Made by a program: the position numbers and the translations under genes. A model generated the notes under the pieces. The model was given only the letters and a program-made list of their open reading frames with translations, searched no databases and was not told the origin of the DNA. DNA of 64,000 nucleotides from Nemertoderma westbladi (lineage: Eukaryota; Animalia; Xenacoelomorpha), in NCBI GenBank assembly GCA_032718475.1, contig JAUCBJ010000013.1:1-64000 (forward strand), in the 5' to 3' direction. How positions within the stretch are numbered: position 1 is the stretch's first letter; every line of letters starts with the position of its first letter. Positions 50,678 through 63,267 of the stretch are shown piece by piece.

Positions 50678-53600
50678 TGTTCACGCTTTCAGACCTTTAG
50701 CAGTTTAACCTGCCAAATTTGGGTGTCTTCTAGATTATAAATCGACTTTAGCCTATGACGAGTATTTGATACACTACATTAGCTGAAGCCAGTCTATGCG
50801 CGACCATTCACCCGCTGGATATACCCGGGAGACTGGATTCGGAAGCTTTGACCTTATTGCGGTGTAGGCCTACTGTATTATTCGACTGATTGTTAATATA
50901 TATTTTCTGACAAATATTATTCACTTTCGGGAAATATTAACAGTTCCTTTAGGACGTGGCGCTCTAAATATGTAAACAGAGTTATGACTTACACTAGACA
51001 CAACGGGATGGCTATGGATTCACGTATATAGCGCATTCTTTAGGAGATGCTTTGTTATCAGTCACAATCATACACACTACTGCACAATGCTGCACACCGA
51101 TCTGCCGACCTTCACTAATTTTAGTCACATATAAAGAGAACAACAACCGACACATGTAGTGCCTATGAAATAGCATTAGATTCACTCCAAAACCAATATA
51201 ATGTAAGTCGCAATTGCTATATGTAACCTGTCTCTTACCTTCAGTATATCAATAAGATTGGGGGTTTTATGATTATTTATCGATATTATCCAAATATAAT
51301 AATATTCCATCAACTGATATAATTAATAACCGACAGTGATTAGCAGTAAAAATGCGGTGTTTGTAGTTGACAATATGATTTGCATTGATATGCAGTGTGT
51401 TGAGTTGGTATGGTTTGATTTGTGGTTTGTTTGATAACAGTTATACGTTTCTATGACCAAAGCCTACTAATGTTTGGCTAAAGCCTGAAACACAGTAATT
51501 CCAAAGCCGGTCTTCTGGCTGTGGACAAAATATACATACTGACTGAATCGCATGAGTTTCTGTATACAATCTCCAACACAGAGTCAAAAAACGCTCTGAT
51601 TGGTTGACCGAACAAAGAACGAACAAAGAACAAAGAAATGTTACACGTGGACATATCAGCTGTTAGATGTTGTCATGGTAACTACACTGTATCAAGAGGA
51701 TTTTGGCTTATTGCGACATAAGATCGCTAGTTATGTCCGCTAAAGTACACATACAGAAGAAATGGCTTTTTATGTCCACTAAAACACCGGTACAGTAAGG
51801 AAACGGCTTTTTATGTCCGTTAAAACACCTACAGAGTACTTTGCGGGGAAAATAACTAGCTAGATCCGCAAAAGCCTTTACACCGCTCCCAGAAAATGGG
51901 ATTTAATTCTATAAAATATAAAAAATCACAGTTTCTAAAATATAAAAATACTCTAAACAGTTAGTTTTTCTTGCGCGGACGGCGTTTTTGGTTGCTTTAC
52001 TTTGCTTGATTACCGTTATTTAAGCAGTAGTCCAACTGATATTAAGACCTAATTGTTGTATGACAGGCCTACTATTTATAAATCGGTTTGAGTTGATTTA
52101 TAATATATATATACCCGTATAATGGGTTTTGTCAATATTTGAAATAAATGTTATTATTTCTGGGAAGGAGTCACTACACAGAAGCTATGCGCTCTCAGTG
52201 AAGTGCTACTTGTTGGACACTAAAACAAATAATTCTAATTTACCTAAGTTACTTAATACTACAAATTACGTACAATTCAGGGTGAGATTACAATCTCTAA
52301 ATAAACACAAAAAATTTACACGTACGAATTTTTAGGGTAATTTTACAAGAAGTCTACAAACCAGCCTAACAAAGAGTTAGAATATCTGGTTATTACAACG
52401 GACAGGGTACTACGGTATTTGAAAATAACAAAGCAGTAGTAAATATACTGCGTTGTCCAGATAGGAAAAATACCACCGTCTGACGACTTATAGCCGTATC
52501 GCTATAAGTACTACGTTATGTATCACGGAGTGTTCCTACCTAGAAGTTAATTACCGCGGTCTACCAGAACCAACGTGCCTATTAACCACTTTACAACACA
52601 AATATACTGCCTACACACTAATTACCTTCGGAAAGCACTGTACACTAAACCCTAGATTAGGTACAAGTACTTATACAACAAATAACTAGCAGTTAGAAAT
52701 ACTTGTACAGCTAAAAGAACCACGGTATCTGCTGGAGTGACCGGGGCACAAAATCACCAGTCTTTACCTACGCCAAGCAGCCCTGATGTAGTACCGGGGT
52801 TAATTTGACTATAACGGTATATATAACAAGCACAATTACTGTAGGAATAAACTTGGGGATATGAATGTTGCGAATAATCGCATAAACTCTGAATAATAAA
52901 TATTACGCTACGCGTACAGACTACTCAAACAAAATACAGACCAAACGCTGGCAGACTACTATCAAGCCCAATCAAACTACAGTATATGCAGACTCCGAAA
53001 GGGTTAGTTAGTATGCGTTCTAACCGAGTAGTACGACTTATTCTTTCAGGGGGATTTACCTCACAGCACTGGAAGCCCCTACGTTCCTAACTAGTCTTTT
53101 ATCGGACATACACTCTACACACACCGCAATCTCTTCAGACCTAACAACAGCCAGACAACAATCCAGCCTACAAATTATCTGAATAAGAAATATTACGCTA
53201 CCCGTACAGACTACACAAACAAAAATACAGACCAAACGCTGGCAGACTACTATCAAGCCTAAACAAACTACAGTATATGCAGACTCCGAAATGGTTAGTT
53301 AGTATGCGTTCTAACCGAGTAGTACGACTTATTCTTTCGAGGGGATTTACCTCACAGCACTGGAAGCCCCTACGTTCCTAACTAGTACTTTATCGGACAT
53401 ACACTCTACATACACCGCAATCTCTTCAGACTTAACAACAGTCAGACAACAGTCCAGCCTACAAATTATCTGTACAATCTGAGCAGGCTTACACGTCTTC
53501 TGCTTAATATTAACCTACAAGTAAATAAAACTGACAGAAATAAGTAAAATCTCAATAAATAACCAGGGCTGCAGTCCCTGATTAAATATTAAGGCCTACC

Positions 53601-54950
53601 GGTATATAATTCTCAAAATCGAATAATACTGCTGTACCTGTACTGCTGTAAGTACCGGTTCGGGTAGTTAGGCAGTCAGGCCTACTAGTTACCGGTCGAC
53701 CGGTACTTTAGACTGTATTTATTGCCTACACTGCAATCAGAACTCAATAACTGTTATTGTTCGCGCTTTCAGACCTTTAGCAGTTAACCTGCCAAATTTG
53801 GGTGTCTTCTAGATTATAAATCGACTTTAGCCTATGACGAGTATTTGATACACTACATTAGCCGAAGCCAGTCTATGCGCGACCATTCACCCGCTGGATA
53901 TACCCGGGAGACTGGATTCGGAAGCTTTGACCTTATTGCGGTGTAGGCCTACTGTATTATTCGACTGATTGTTAATATATATTTTCTGACAAATATTATT
54001 CACTTTCGGGAAATATTAACAGTTCCTTTAGGACGTGGCGCTCTAAATATGTAAACAGAGTTATGACTTACACTAGACACAACGGGATGGCTATGGATTC
54101 ACGTATATAGCGCATTCTTTAGGAGATGCTTTGTTATCAGTCACAATCATACACACTACTGCACAATGCTGCACACCGATCTGCCGACCTTCACTAAATT
54201 TAGTCACATATAAAGAGAACAACAACCGACACATGTAGTGCCTATGAAATAGCATTAGATTCACTCCAAAACCAATATAATGTAAGTCGCAATTGCTATA
54301 TGTAACCTGTCTCTTACCTTCAGTATATCAAGAAGATTGGGGGTTTTATGATTATTTATCGATATTATCCAAATATAATAATATTCCATCAACTGATATA
54401 ATTAATAACCGACAGTGATTAGCAGTAAAAATGCGGTGTTTGTAGTTGACAATATGATTTGCATTGATATGCAGTGTGTTGAGTTGGTATGGTTTGATTT
54501 GTGGTTTGTTTGATAACAGTTATACGTTTCTATGACCAAAGCCTACTAATGTTTGGCTAAAGCCTGAAACACAGTAATTCCAAAGCCGGTCTTCTGGTTG
54601 TGGACAAAATACACATACTGACTGAATCGCATGAGTTTCTGTTTACAATCTCCAACACAGAGTCAAAAAACGCTCTGATTGGTTGACCGAACAAAGAACA
54701 AAGAAATGTTACACGTGGACATATCAGCTGTTAGATGTCGTCATGGTAACTACACTGTATCAAGAGGATTTTGGCTTATTGCGACATAAGATCGCTAGTT
54801 ATGTCCGCTAAAGTACACATACAGAAGAAATGGCTTTTTATGTCCACTAAAACACCGGTACAGTAAGGAAACGGCTTTTTATGTCCGTTAAAACACCTAC
54901 AGAGTACTTTGCGGGGAAAATAACTAGCTAGATCCGCAAAAGCCTTTACA
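50678..54950 (-). mobile_element. Non-autonomous non-coding LTR retrotransposon (LARD-like)
   Basis: TG...CA LTRs at 50678-51882 and 53758-54950. TSD CGGGA. Minus-strand PPT GGGAGCGG (51883-51890). 1.87 kb interior with no ORF and a ~290-bp duplication. Confidence 0.93.
53747..53757 (-). promoter_or_regulatory. Non-tRNA primer-binding site (self-complementary to LTR 54513-54523)
   Basis: Minus-strand ATAACAGTTAT directly follows the LTR end. It is the exact complement of minus-strand ATAACTGTTAT within the LTR. Confidence 0.65.
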
Positions 54951-55319
54951 CGGGACGCTTCGTTTGTCGCACAACTTCATCGACAGCCTCTTCACGAACT
55001 GGCTCGCCGATGGGCCCATGCTACCGTAAGCCGACAGGATGAAGGGAGTAAAGGTTGAATGTTCAACCTCCCTTAAACGTTCCTCATATTTGAGGACCTT
55101 GCGGTTCTCATTGTGGCGGTAGACAGCGTCCGAATCCATGGAGACGTAGGAGGCTGCGAGAGGGTTGAAGACCGACATATTAATGAAAGTTCTTTGAAAT
55201 CGGTTTCCCCAAAACCCACAAGCAGATACATCTAGACGGGCCAGTTAGTCAGTTCGTACTCTTTAGTCTGTACTTCTCTATGGTATATTGTAGTGACTAT
55301 TTTATTTATATTATTACAG

Positions 55320-55478
55320 TTCCGACAGTCTCCCCTTTGTGGTCTGATTGGGAGTGGGTGGGGAATTGTTCTTCTACTTGCGGTGGAGGGTTCCGTCTGC
55401 GAGTTAGAAACTGCACGCAGGGAGACTGCGAAGGTTGTCATAATGGATATCGCCCTTGTAATACTCAGCCATGTACTG
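55320..55478 (+). CDS. SEMA5: Semaphorin-5 internal exon (TSP1 repeat)
   Basis: Acceptor ttacag| and donor |gtaagt, phase 1-1. Encodes VPTVSPLWSDWEWVGNCSSTCGGGFRLRVRNCTQGDCEGCHNGYRPCNTQPCT, with the class-5 DCxGC..Y..CNT.PC pattern. Confidence 0.9.
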
Positions 55479-55612
55479 GTAAGTGGTAGTTGGTAGTAAG
55501 AGGTTGGGGGTTTAGTAAATGGTAAGTGGTAGTTGGTAGTAAGAGGTAAGTGGTTTAGTAAATGGTAAGTGGCAGTAAGAGGTAAGTGGTTTAGTAAATG
55601 GTAACTGGTACT
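55478..55612 (+). repeat. Short tandem repeats containing GGTAAGT
   Basis: GGTAAGT at 55478, 55521, 55545, 55564 and 55581. Confidence 0.8.
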
Positions 55613-57160
55613 AATTCCCTAATGTCACAGTGTCCGATTGGATACACTTCCTGAACTGCTTTTACTATAGTGCTGGGCTGCGCAAGCCCAATTCAACTAA
55701 AAGTTCTAGAGATTTCGCACTGTTGTGTATCTAAGCAAGATACCGTAGACATTATTGGTCACCCAAACCCAGCAGTATAAAGGCAACCTTGCTTCTGCTG
55801 GAGAGTAAAGAAATGGTTGGGTAGTTAGTGTTCAGCATTGGGAGTTAGTGTGGCGCTCTCCCTTATAGTTATACTGTAGGTAACAGCCAAGAGAGAGAAG
55901 AGCCTTCGGGTTCGGGTTGCCTCCGGTGCGGTGGTTTATGTTTTACACTTTTACCGATCACTTTACTTTAACTGGTAAGTGATACTAAATTTTTTCTTAT
56001 CCAACACAGTAAAGACTTTATATTATAATCATATTGTAAATAAACAGAATTGCTAAGTAAAGTAAATGTAAATTATGGGTCCTACGGTAATTTATTGTGG
56101 TAGTGTGTAAAAAAAAGTGAGAATCAACATAGTTTAGTGCCACGAGAACCTTGTAGTACAGCGCCGTCGACGGCCCATATTGGTAATCGGTACTTAATTT
56201 TTTTATCTGTCATAATTTAACTTTATAACTTTATCATTTATATTTGTTAGGCGCTTTTTCCCGTCTTCGACTAACGAAAGATAATACAATGCTTTGCCAT
56301 TACGGGAAAGGTGTAGGCTACAGGGGCACGTTATTTTAACCAAAACAATAAACTAAAGTCAATAGTTACAGTTTTATTTTTGGGAGTAATCAGCTGTTAT
56401 TTGGGTTGATTTTCACCTGGAGAGGGATGAATTTTCTTTGCGTCCAGATCCCCAGTTGGGTATTATTTGTTTACTTTCTCTTTCTAGTTGCTATGTAAAC
56501 TAGAGAGTGATAAAAAAAATAGAAGAACAAATTATTATATATATGTTAGCTTATTCAATCCCGCCAACACCCCATAAAGTTATTAGCCGATAAGCAATAT
56601 TGGGAGCCACGAGATTGGGCAATTAACCAACTCGTGCCATCCCAATGAGAGTGGGAAGGAAGCACACAATAGAGGGTCAGGGGCCAAACCCCTAACCCAA
56701 GGAGAACAGGTGGAGTGAACGGGAATACTCCACGGGGCGCCAACAAGGGTATTAACCAATCAGAGGGGGGAATGGCATCGATTGAGTAGCAGTAAGGCCA
56801 CCGTGCAATATAACCAATAACCTATTAATCAGTGATTCAGTTATCTCAGTGCAGCAGTGCTAGCGTAGGGTACAGTCAATTAGTTTAGTTAGGGGATCAC
56901 GGGACTTTAGTTACCGTATCCCGCCTACCGTATAATTCACAATATATCTATATCCTATAACCTATTATTATACACCGAACTTCAGAACTCAGTTATCTTT
57001 ATTTCACTCTTATACACGGCGGGGACGCGTGGACTAAATACCACATCGGATAAATCGGGATCCCTCCTGGATCCCGTCACAGTAACTAAAGCCGAGCTGC
57101 CGCCCTAGTTAAACTCTAAGAACTGCAACCTAGCTAGCCGAATCATCAGCCACAAACGAG

Positions 57161-60100
57161 ATGAGTGAGTCGGGCGAGACACCACCGCGGACCCCGGACG
57201 AAGACCTAACGATCCGCGAGGCCGCGACCAAACGATACAGGCCCACGACGCCGGAGCCATCGATAACGGGCGAACCGGAAGCACAGGACGAGGAGGGCCT
57301 GGAACCCGAAGTCGAGCCAAGAGAGAAAGAGAGCGAGACGGAGGGAGAAGGAGATGAGTCGACACGGGACGGAGGACGGCGCGCCGATGTCGCCGGCCAG
57401 CTACCGGCCGAGGGCGACGAGCGGCCCACCGAATCGGTGGGGCCGACGGTGCGACGCCGGACGCGAAGAGACGGAGGAGAGATTAGTACCGATGTCGCCG
57501 GCCAGCTACAGGCCGAGGGCGACGGACGGCCCACCGGAACGGCGACGGTGGAGCCGCCGGTACGACGTCGGACCCGGAGGGACGGAGGAGAGGTCGGCGA
57601 CGAGGACGTCGGGGTTTCTGACCGACTTCGACGGGCCTACAACGCGACCCGGAAGCTGATAAACGACGCCAAGAAGGAAGGGGCGAAGGTAGACGAGGTG
57701 AGACTGAGAAAGCGACTAGGTGAGTCGGATAGACACTTAAATTACCTGATACGTTTTGGGCAGAGAGAACTAGCCGGGGAGAGAGCAAAGGGAATTGCAG
57801 GCGAACTGTTTGAACTATGGGAGTGTGGGAGTATGGGACCTAGCATAGCGTCAGTGTACATAGGGCCATACTTAATCGATGCCCGGGGAGTAAAACCGGT
57901 GGGTTGGAGGGGACTCGAAGGGGGCGAATCCGAGGTTAACACCGAGGATTCGGCCTCGTCGGTCGGAGAAAGCTCCGGGAGGCGGGGGAAAGTTAGTAGG
58001 TCGGGAAGGCGGGGGAAGTCCGTCGTAACCGATAAGTCTGTTACATCCTCCGCGAAAGAAAGAGCGGTGAGGAAAGATAGGAGCCGCATACCGTCTCAGC
58101 ATGGCAGAGCAAGGTCAGAGAGAAATGAAGGAACGGCTAGAGGAGGGAAGAGTGCGGTTAGAGAGGGAAACGGTATTGCTTAGAGAAACCGGAGAAAGGG
58201 CCGAAAGGGCTTTGAAAAGCCTAAGGGAGTATGATGAGATAGAGGAAAGGGAGTGTAGGGAGCGTGAAGCGAGAGAGGAAAGGGAACGCAGAGAGCGTGA
58301 GGCAAGGGAGGACGAGGAACGCAAGGAACGTGAGGCAAAAGGGGAAGAGGAACGCAAGGAACGTGAGGCAAAAAGGGAAAAGGAACGCAAGGAATATGAG
58401 ACGAGAAAGGAAAAGGAACGCAAAGAGCGTGAGGCGAGACGAAGGGAGAGCATTAAGAGTGCCGCAGACTCGGCCATCAAGGACACCCAGGAGCGTGAGG
58501 GGAAAATGGCAGAGAGTGAAAAAGAGCGCAAGGAATTAGAGAAACGGCAGAGTGAGTTTGCGGGAAATATAATTAGAGGGGAGCACGAGTTGGAATACGT
58601 GCGAGCGACGCCGTCTGAAACCGGGGCCGGCTCGAGTATTTTTGAGGAGCCGAGGGCCGTAGATATATTTATTAATACTCCACTGACAGGGACCGCACGA
58701 CAGACCCAAAACTGGTGCGACCGTACGGGCGGGGGGGGGGGTAATAATAATGGTACAGTAGACGTTGTTGATATTAATAGTACCGTATGGGATAACGCTA
58801 ATCAAACCTTTATTACAGGAAATACTTTGCCTAGTGGTAGTAATTTAAATTTAAATCAGAACAATCCCAGTGTTAATGTAGAAAATAATCCTAATATTGA
58901 TGTAGTTACGCAAAATAATTCAAATAATCAAAATAATAACTCGAATTCGGACCTACAAAATAACTTAAATAACGCGATTACACAGAATAATTCGAATAAT
59001 TCAAATAATGATCTTAGCCCGAATTTACAAAATAATTCAGATAACGTAGTCGCGCAGAATAATACAAATGATTTTGTTTCAAATGAGCAAATTAATTCCG
59101 TTTCCAATATGGGTGCTATTAATGTAAACACGTCGGGCCTACGTAACCAGGGAGCAGAGGGCCTGGTAGGCCACGTAGTTAGTAGACAGGGAGCAGAGGG
59201 CCTGGTAGGCCACGTAGTTAGTAGACAGGGAGCAGAGGGCCTGGTAGGCCACGTAGTTAGTAGACAGGGAGCAGAGGGCCTGGTAGGCCACGTAGTTAGT
59301 AGACAGGGAGCAGAGGGCCTGGTAGGCCGCGTAGTTGGTAGGCAGGGAGTAGAGGGCCTGGAAGGCCACGCAATAGCAGAGGGAGAGGCGGGGGTGAACA
59401 GACCCGACTGTGGTAGGGTTGATGTGTCGACTAGAGAGATATATAGTGGCGGGGCGAGAGGTAGCGAAGTAGAATGTAGCGGGTGGGGGGGGGGGGGCTA
59501 CAAGGGCCCCACAACAGAGAGTTAGCGGCGAGAGGGGGGGGGCAGAGAGTGTCCCACAGCCGTCAGCGGACAATGCGAGGGCCGAACAAGGTAAACCGCA
59601 ACAACCGGCGACGGAAAGTAATAGGGGGATTGCGAGTATCCCCAGCGACGTGCGATCGAGCAGAGAAAGACAGGTTGACGTCGCGGGAGGGCAGACGGAG
59701 CGTCGAGCCCGATCAGAGGAGGAAAGAAGAACAGTGGGGTTTAACCGGGAGGTCGACGAGAGATCTCGTGAGCGGGAATATTCCACTGATAGGAGAAGAG
59801 AGGAAGACAGTAGTAGAAGTATCGCCGCAAACGATAGAAGAGCGAGGACGGACAGCGAGCCGTCGGTAGTCGAGATGAGAACGGAGAGTCAGTGGGGTCG
59901 GACTCCGGGAGATTGCCGTCGCCCCGGAGGGATGCGATCCGGTGAGACGCATTACACGCCGAGAGAGGGGTACGCGATGTACCGGTACGAAGATGAAAAC
60001 AGTGGAGAGGGGGGTCGAAGAGAAACTTTCCGACGGAATATACCTACCGATCGAGAATACGGTAGCCGCGGGGAGGATTATTCGAGAAGAATAAACTTCG

Positions 60101-60483
60101 ATCCCGAGCAACACATGCAGACTGTAGGGCATACTGTAGGTCTTACTGCACATACCGTAGGCCATACTGAGAGAGGCAATGTAGGCGATAGGATAGCGCG
60201 GACAACGGGATTAAACCCGGAAGTCGCGGAATACATACCGGCGAGTAGGCCAGAAGCTGATAGGCCTATACCGGTACCAGCACAGCAGTATGACTACAGC
60301 ATGCAGGGACATAACATATACCCAGGGGAGGGGGGAATTATTGCGGATAGGTGTATGGGCCCCAACATATTAACATCAACCCCAGTACCAGACATACCGG
60401 TGGGGGGGGGGGACAGGGTGACATTCCCCCATCACAATATCAACAATATACCCCGACAGGAACAAGAACAACGAGACCCCTAG
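57161..60483 (+). CDS. N-terminal gag region split over three frames (57161-58183, 58101-59525, 59650-60483)
   Basis: Overlapping or consecutive long ORFs with a charged coiled coil, an Asn-rich tract and 39-bp repeats. Two frame changes lie at or near poly-G runs. Confidence 0.55.
59148..59370 (+). repeat. 39-bp tandem repeat x~5.5 (QGAEGLVGHVVSR)
   Basis: AGGGAGCAGAGGGCCTGGTAGGCCACGTAGTTAGTAGAC units. Confidence 0.92.
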
Positions 60484-63137
60484 ATGAAAACAGGTCGTGT
60501 GATACAGACATATGGAGGGGGCCGCTACCCCCGATGACATATCCGAGTCAGAGAAGATCAAGAAATAGGACGGACGAACCGCACCAGACAGGGGAAACTA
60601 TACAGCACCCGTCGAATCCATTAGAAGCGCAGGCAATGGGGATGGCCACGTTGATCGATGCGTTGAAAACGAGGATCGAATTACCACCCGTGGAACCGTT
60701 CAAATTCGATGGGAGCAGGCCGGAAGAATACTTACAGTTTCGGCGAATGTATAGTAACGAAATACTAACAAAAAACTTGACGCAGGCGGAGTGCCTAAAG
60801 TATCTACAAGTATACACGGGAGGCCCAGCATACGACATCGTGAGGCAATATCAGGGAATAGAGGGCGGCTTCACGACAGCATGGCGGGCACTGGATAGGG
60901 AATACGGGCACCCGGCCAAGATCATCAGGCAAACGCTGAGAGGCATAACATCGGGTGGCCTACAGGATAATCCCGTTAGCATTAAGACGTTTGCTAACAA
61001 AGTCGAGAAGGCGCTGATCGTGCTGAAGACGCTAGACGCGCCGTACGAGCTCAACGCGTCCAATAACATCACCACGATAGCGCAGGCACTACCGAGCTGG
61101 CTGCGCAACAAATGGAGGAAGATCGCTTTCTCCACCCGAGACAAGAAGGGTGCGGAACCAGGTTTAGAAGAAATGTCAAACTTCTTAAACTACGAGGCTG
61201 AACTAATAACTGACCCAGTCTATAGTGAAGATAGCCTGGGAAAGGGACCAAAGACAGATCACTACAGGCCCAAACCAGAGCACAATACATCAAACGCATT
61301 GCCGAGGCTCAGACAATCATTGCCATACGCAGCGACGCAGGGGACTGCAAGTCCACAGGCAAACGAAGATAAGACAACATCAAGGGACGGACAGGGGAAC
61401 AATAACAACATGAATAAACATAACCCCAGTACGTCCAGTAGGCCAAACCCAGTCAATAAGAATAGTAGGGACTTTGGTACGAATATAACTGCGATACGCA
61501 ATGCATTGTATAAAGAGGGCTACGACCCAAAGAGCAAATGCCAGTTACACGCAAATGCGCTTCATAAAACTATGAATTGCAGGTACTGGCAGGCGCTACC
61601 GAGGCAAGACCAGATAGATTACGCGTCGAGCAATAAAATCTGCTCGCGATGTGTGAAGAGTGGACACAAGGCCAGGGAATGCCAAGAGAAGCCGGTCAAG
61701 TTTGGCCAAAGGAGAGGCCAGACGATGGCAACGAGCACAGTAGGGGCGAAGAAGAGAGGAACAGTGCTACTTGGAGTAGTACCAGTACGAGTGATCGGGG
61801 AAGGCAATCGATCAGTAACAACACTAATGCTGGTTGATAGTGGAGCTGCCTTCACATTAGTTGAGGAATGGGTGGCCGAAGAAATAGGGTTGAGAACGAT
61901 GCCAAGCAGGATGGCGGTAACAACCATCTCTAGCAAAGATGAGATCCTAGAGATGAGGACAGGACGGTGCGCAATTGCAGCAGTAGCACCAGGATGCGAT
62001 TATGGGGCAACCATCGACCCCATCCAAGTAATAGAGTCAATCAACATCAATGCCAGGCGGCCAACCAACATCGAGGTCGAGCAATACAAATTCCTGGACG
62101 ACATTGACTTCTCGATCCCAGACGTGGACGTTAGGAAGGTATCCATCATAGTAGGAATGGACTGCCCGACGGCCCACGAAAGAATGCAAACGGTCTTCGG
62201 CGAAGACAAGCAGAGCGACCCGGTGGCCATACTAACACCATTCGGGTGGACACTGACAGGCCCAATTAAGAGTAATATACCATTCAATGTGTCCGAGAGT
62301 TCAGGATGCATGGTGCCAGGAACCGACGAGATAGAGGAGAGGTCAGAGATGGGCAATAGTGGTAGACAGCTAGAAGTAGAAGCAACACCAAGAGAGTGGG
62401 CGGAGGAGAATGGTATGGATGCAGAAGATCTGGAGACGATGGGTTGGAATAAGGGTCCCAGCAAGTATCGGTATGGAGATGGAGAGGAGCGGACGGTGGA
62501 GTGTCGGGAGGACAAACCGGAGAAGTGTCCGGTGGAGTGTCCAGAGGAGCGTCCGGAAGAGACGCCGGTCCGGTTGAGAGGCATACCGACAAGGGGGAAG
62601 CCGAGTAAGAATACAAGATGGAAAGGGAGAAGATGTGAGACGATCAGACCAGGGGCAGAGAAGCCCATGAATAAACATATGGTGGACAAAGGAGGCGGGA
62701 GAGTAGGAGGCGTGCTGCGTACGCACGCGGAACTGACAGAGTGCGAGGGGGCATTACATGCGCAGACATCGTGTATACCGAAGGACGAACGGGGGTCGTT
62801 GAAGCCTTTAATGCCAGCACACATATTAAGGGGGAGGCCAGCAGAGATGGCATCTAAGATTAAGGAGAAGAACAGGGGCGGCATTATACCGCCGGGTGAC
62901 ACGTTGAAGGGTGGCACTTTGCCGCCAAGGGACGACCACGAGATCAGAAACATAAATAAGAGACAGCATTTGCCAAAACAGGAGAAAAGACCACCTATCG
63001 AATTGACAAGGAGAGCGGAGCGAAGAATTAGAGAACCTATAGGGCGGCAGTGGGAGAGTTGCCTGCTGGAGGAATCACCCCTTGGGTCGCTGAGTTGTCC
63101 AACAGGTTGGACTAGGATGGAAGAGTTAGATCCGTAA
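60351..63137 (+). CDS. BEL gag-protease without RT/RNase H
   Basis: DUF1759-like FDG...Y..F region, CQLH...H...C and CSRC..SGH...C knuckles, protease LVDSGA, A..TPFGW. No YVDD motif. Confidence 0.85.
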   Translation: MYGPQHININPSTRHTGGGGGQGDIPPSQYQQYTPTGTRTTRPLDENRSCDTDIWRGPLPPMTYPSQRRSRNRTDEPHQTGETIQHPSNPLEAQAMGMATLIDALKTRIELPPVEPFKFDGSRPEEYLQFRRMYSNEILTKNLTQAECLKYLQVYTGGPAYDIVRQYQGIEGGFTTAWRALDREYGHPAKIIRQTLRGITSGGLQDNPVSIKTFANKVEKALIVLKTLDAPYELNASNNITTIAQALPSWLRNKWRKIAFSTRDKKGAEPGLEEMSNFLNYEAELITDPVYSEDSLGKGPKTDHYRPKPEHNTSNALPRLRQSLPYAATQGTASPQANEDKTTSRDGQGNNNNMNKHNPSTSSRPNPVNKNSRDFGTNITAIRNALYKEGYDPKSKCQLHANALHKTMNCRYWQALPRQDQIDYASSNKICSRCVKSGHKARECQEKPVKFGQRRGQTMATSTVGAKKRGTVLLGVVPVRVIGEGNRSVTTLMLVDSGAAFTLVEEWVAEEIGLRTMPSRMAVTTISSKDEILEMRTGRCAIAAVAPGCDYGATIDPIQVIESININARRPTNIEVEQYKFLDDIDFSIPDVDVRKVSIIVGMDCPTAHERMQTVFGEDKQSDPVAILTPFGWTLTGPIKSNIPFNVSESSGCMVPGTDEIEERSEMGNSGRQLEVEATPREWAEENGMDAEDLETMGWNKGPSKYRYGDGEERTVECREDKPEKCPVECPEERPEETPVRLRGIPTRGKPSKNTRWKGRRCETIRPGAEKPMNKHMVDKGGGRVGGVLRTHAELTECEGALHAQTSCIPKDERGSLKPLMPAHILRGRPAEMASKIKEKNRGGIIPPGDTLKGGTLPPRDDHEIRNINKRQHLPKQEKRPPIELTRRAERRIREPIGRQWESCLLEESPLGSLSCPTGWTRMEELDP

Positions 63138-63267
63138 AAGGTGCGGGCAGAGGTTTTACCTGTCTCTTAGAAGGAGCACCTTAGTCCAAGTTTTGGACTG
63201 AGGGGGGTGGGGTTGAGGGCGAGACGCCCTTCCCACACAAATAAAATAAAATAAAAATAAAAATAAA

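Larger units (their letters stand above)
50371..55250 (-). mobile_element. 5'-truncated CRE-type (RLE endonuclease) non-LTR element split by an LTR insertion
   Basis: 14-bp TSD AGTTCGTACTCTTT (50357-50370, 55251-55264) and poly(A). Rejoined frame ARLDVSACGFW...ENRKVLKY...FTPFILSAYGSMG...LSFTLLWSALLCLRGCR. Confidence 0.85.
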
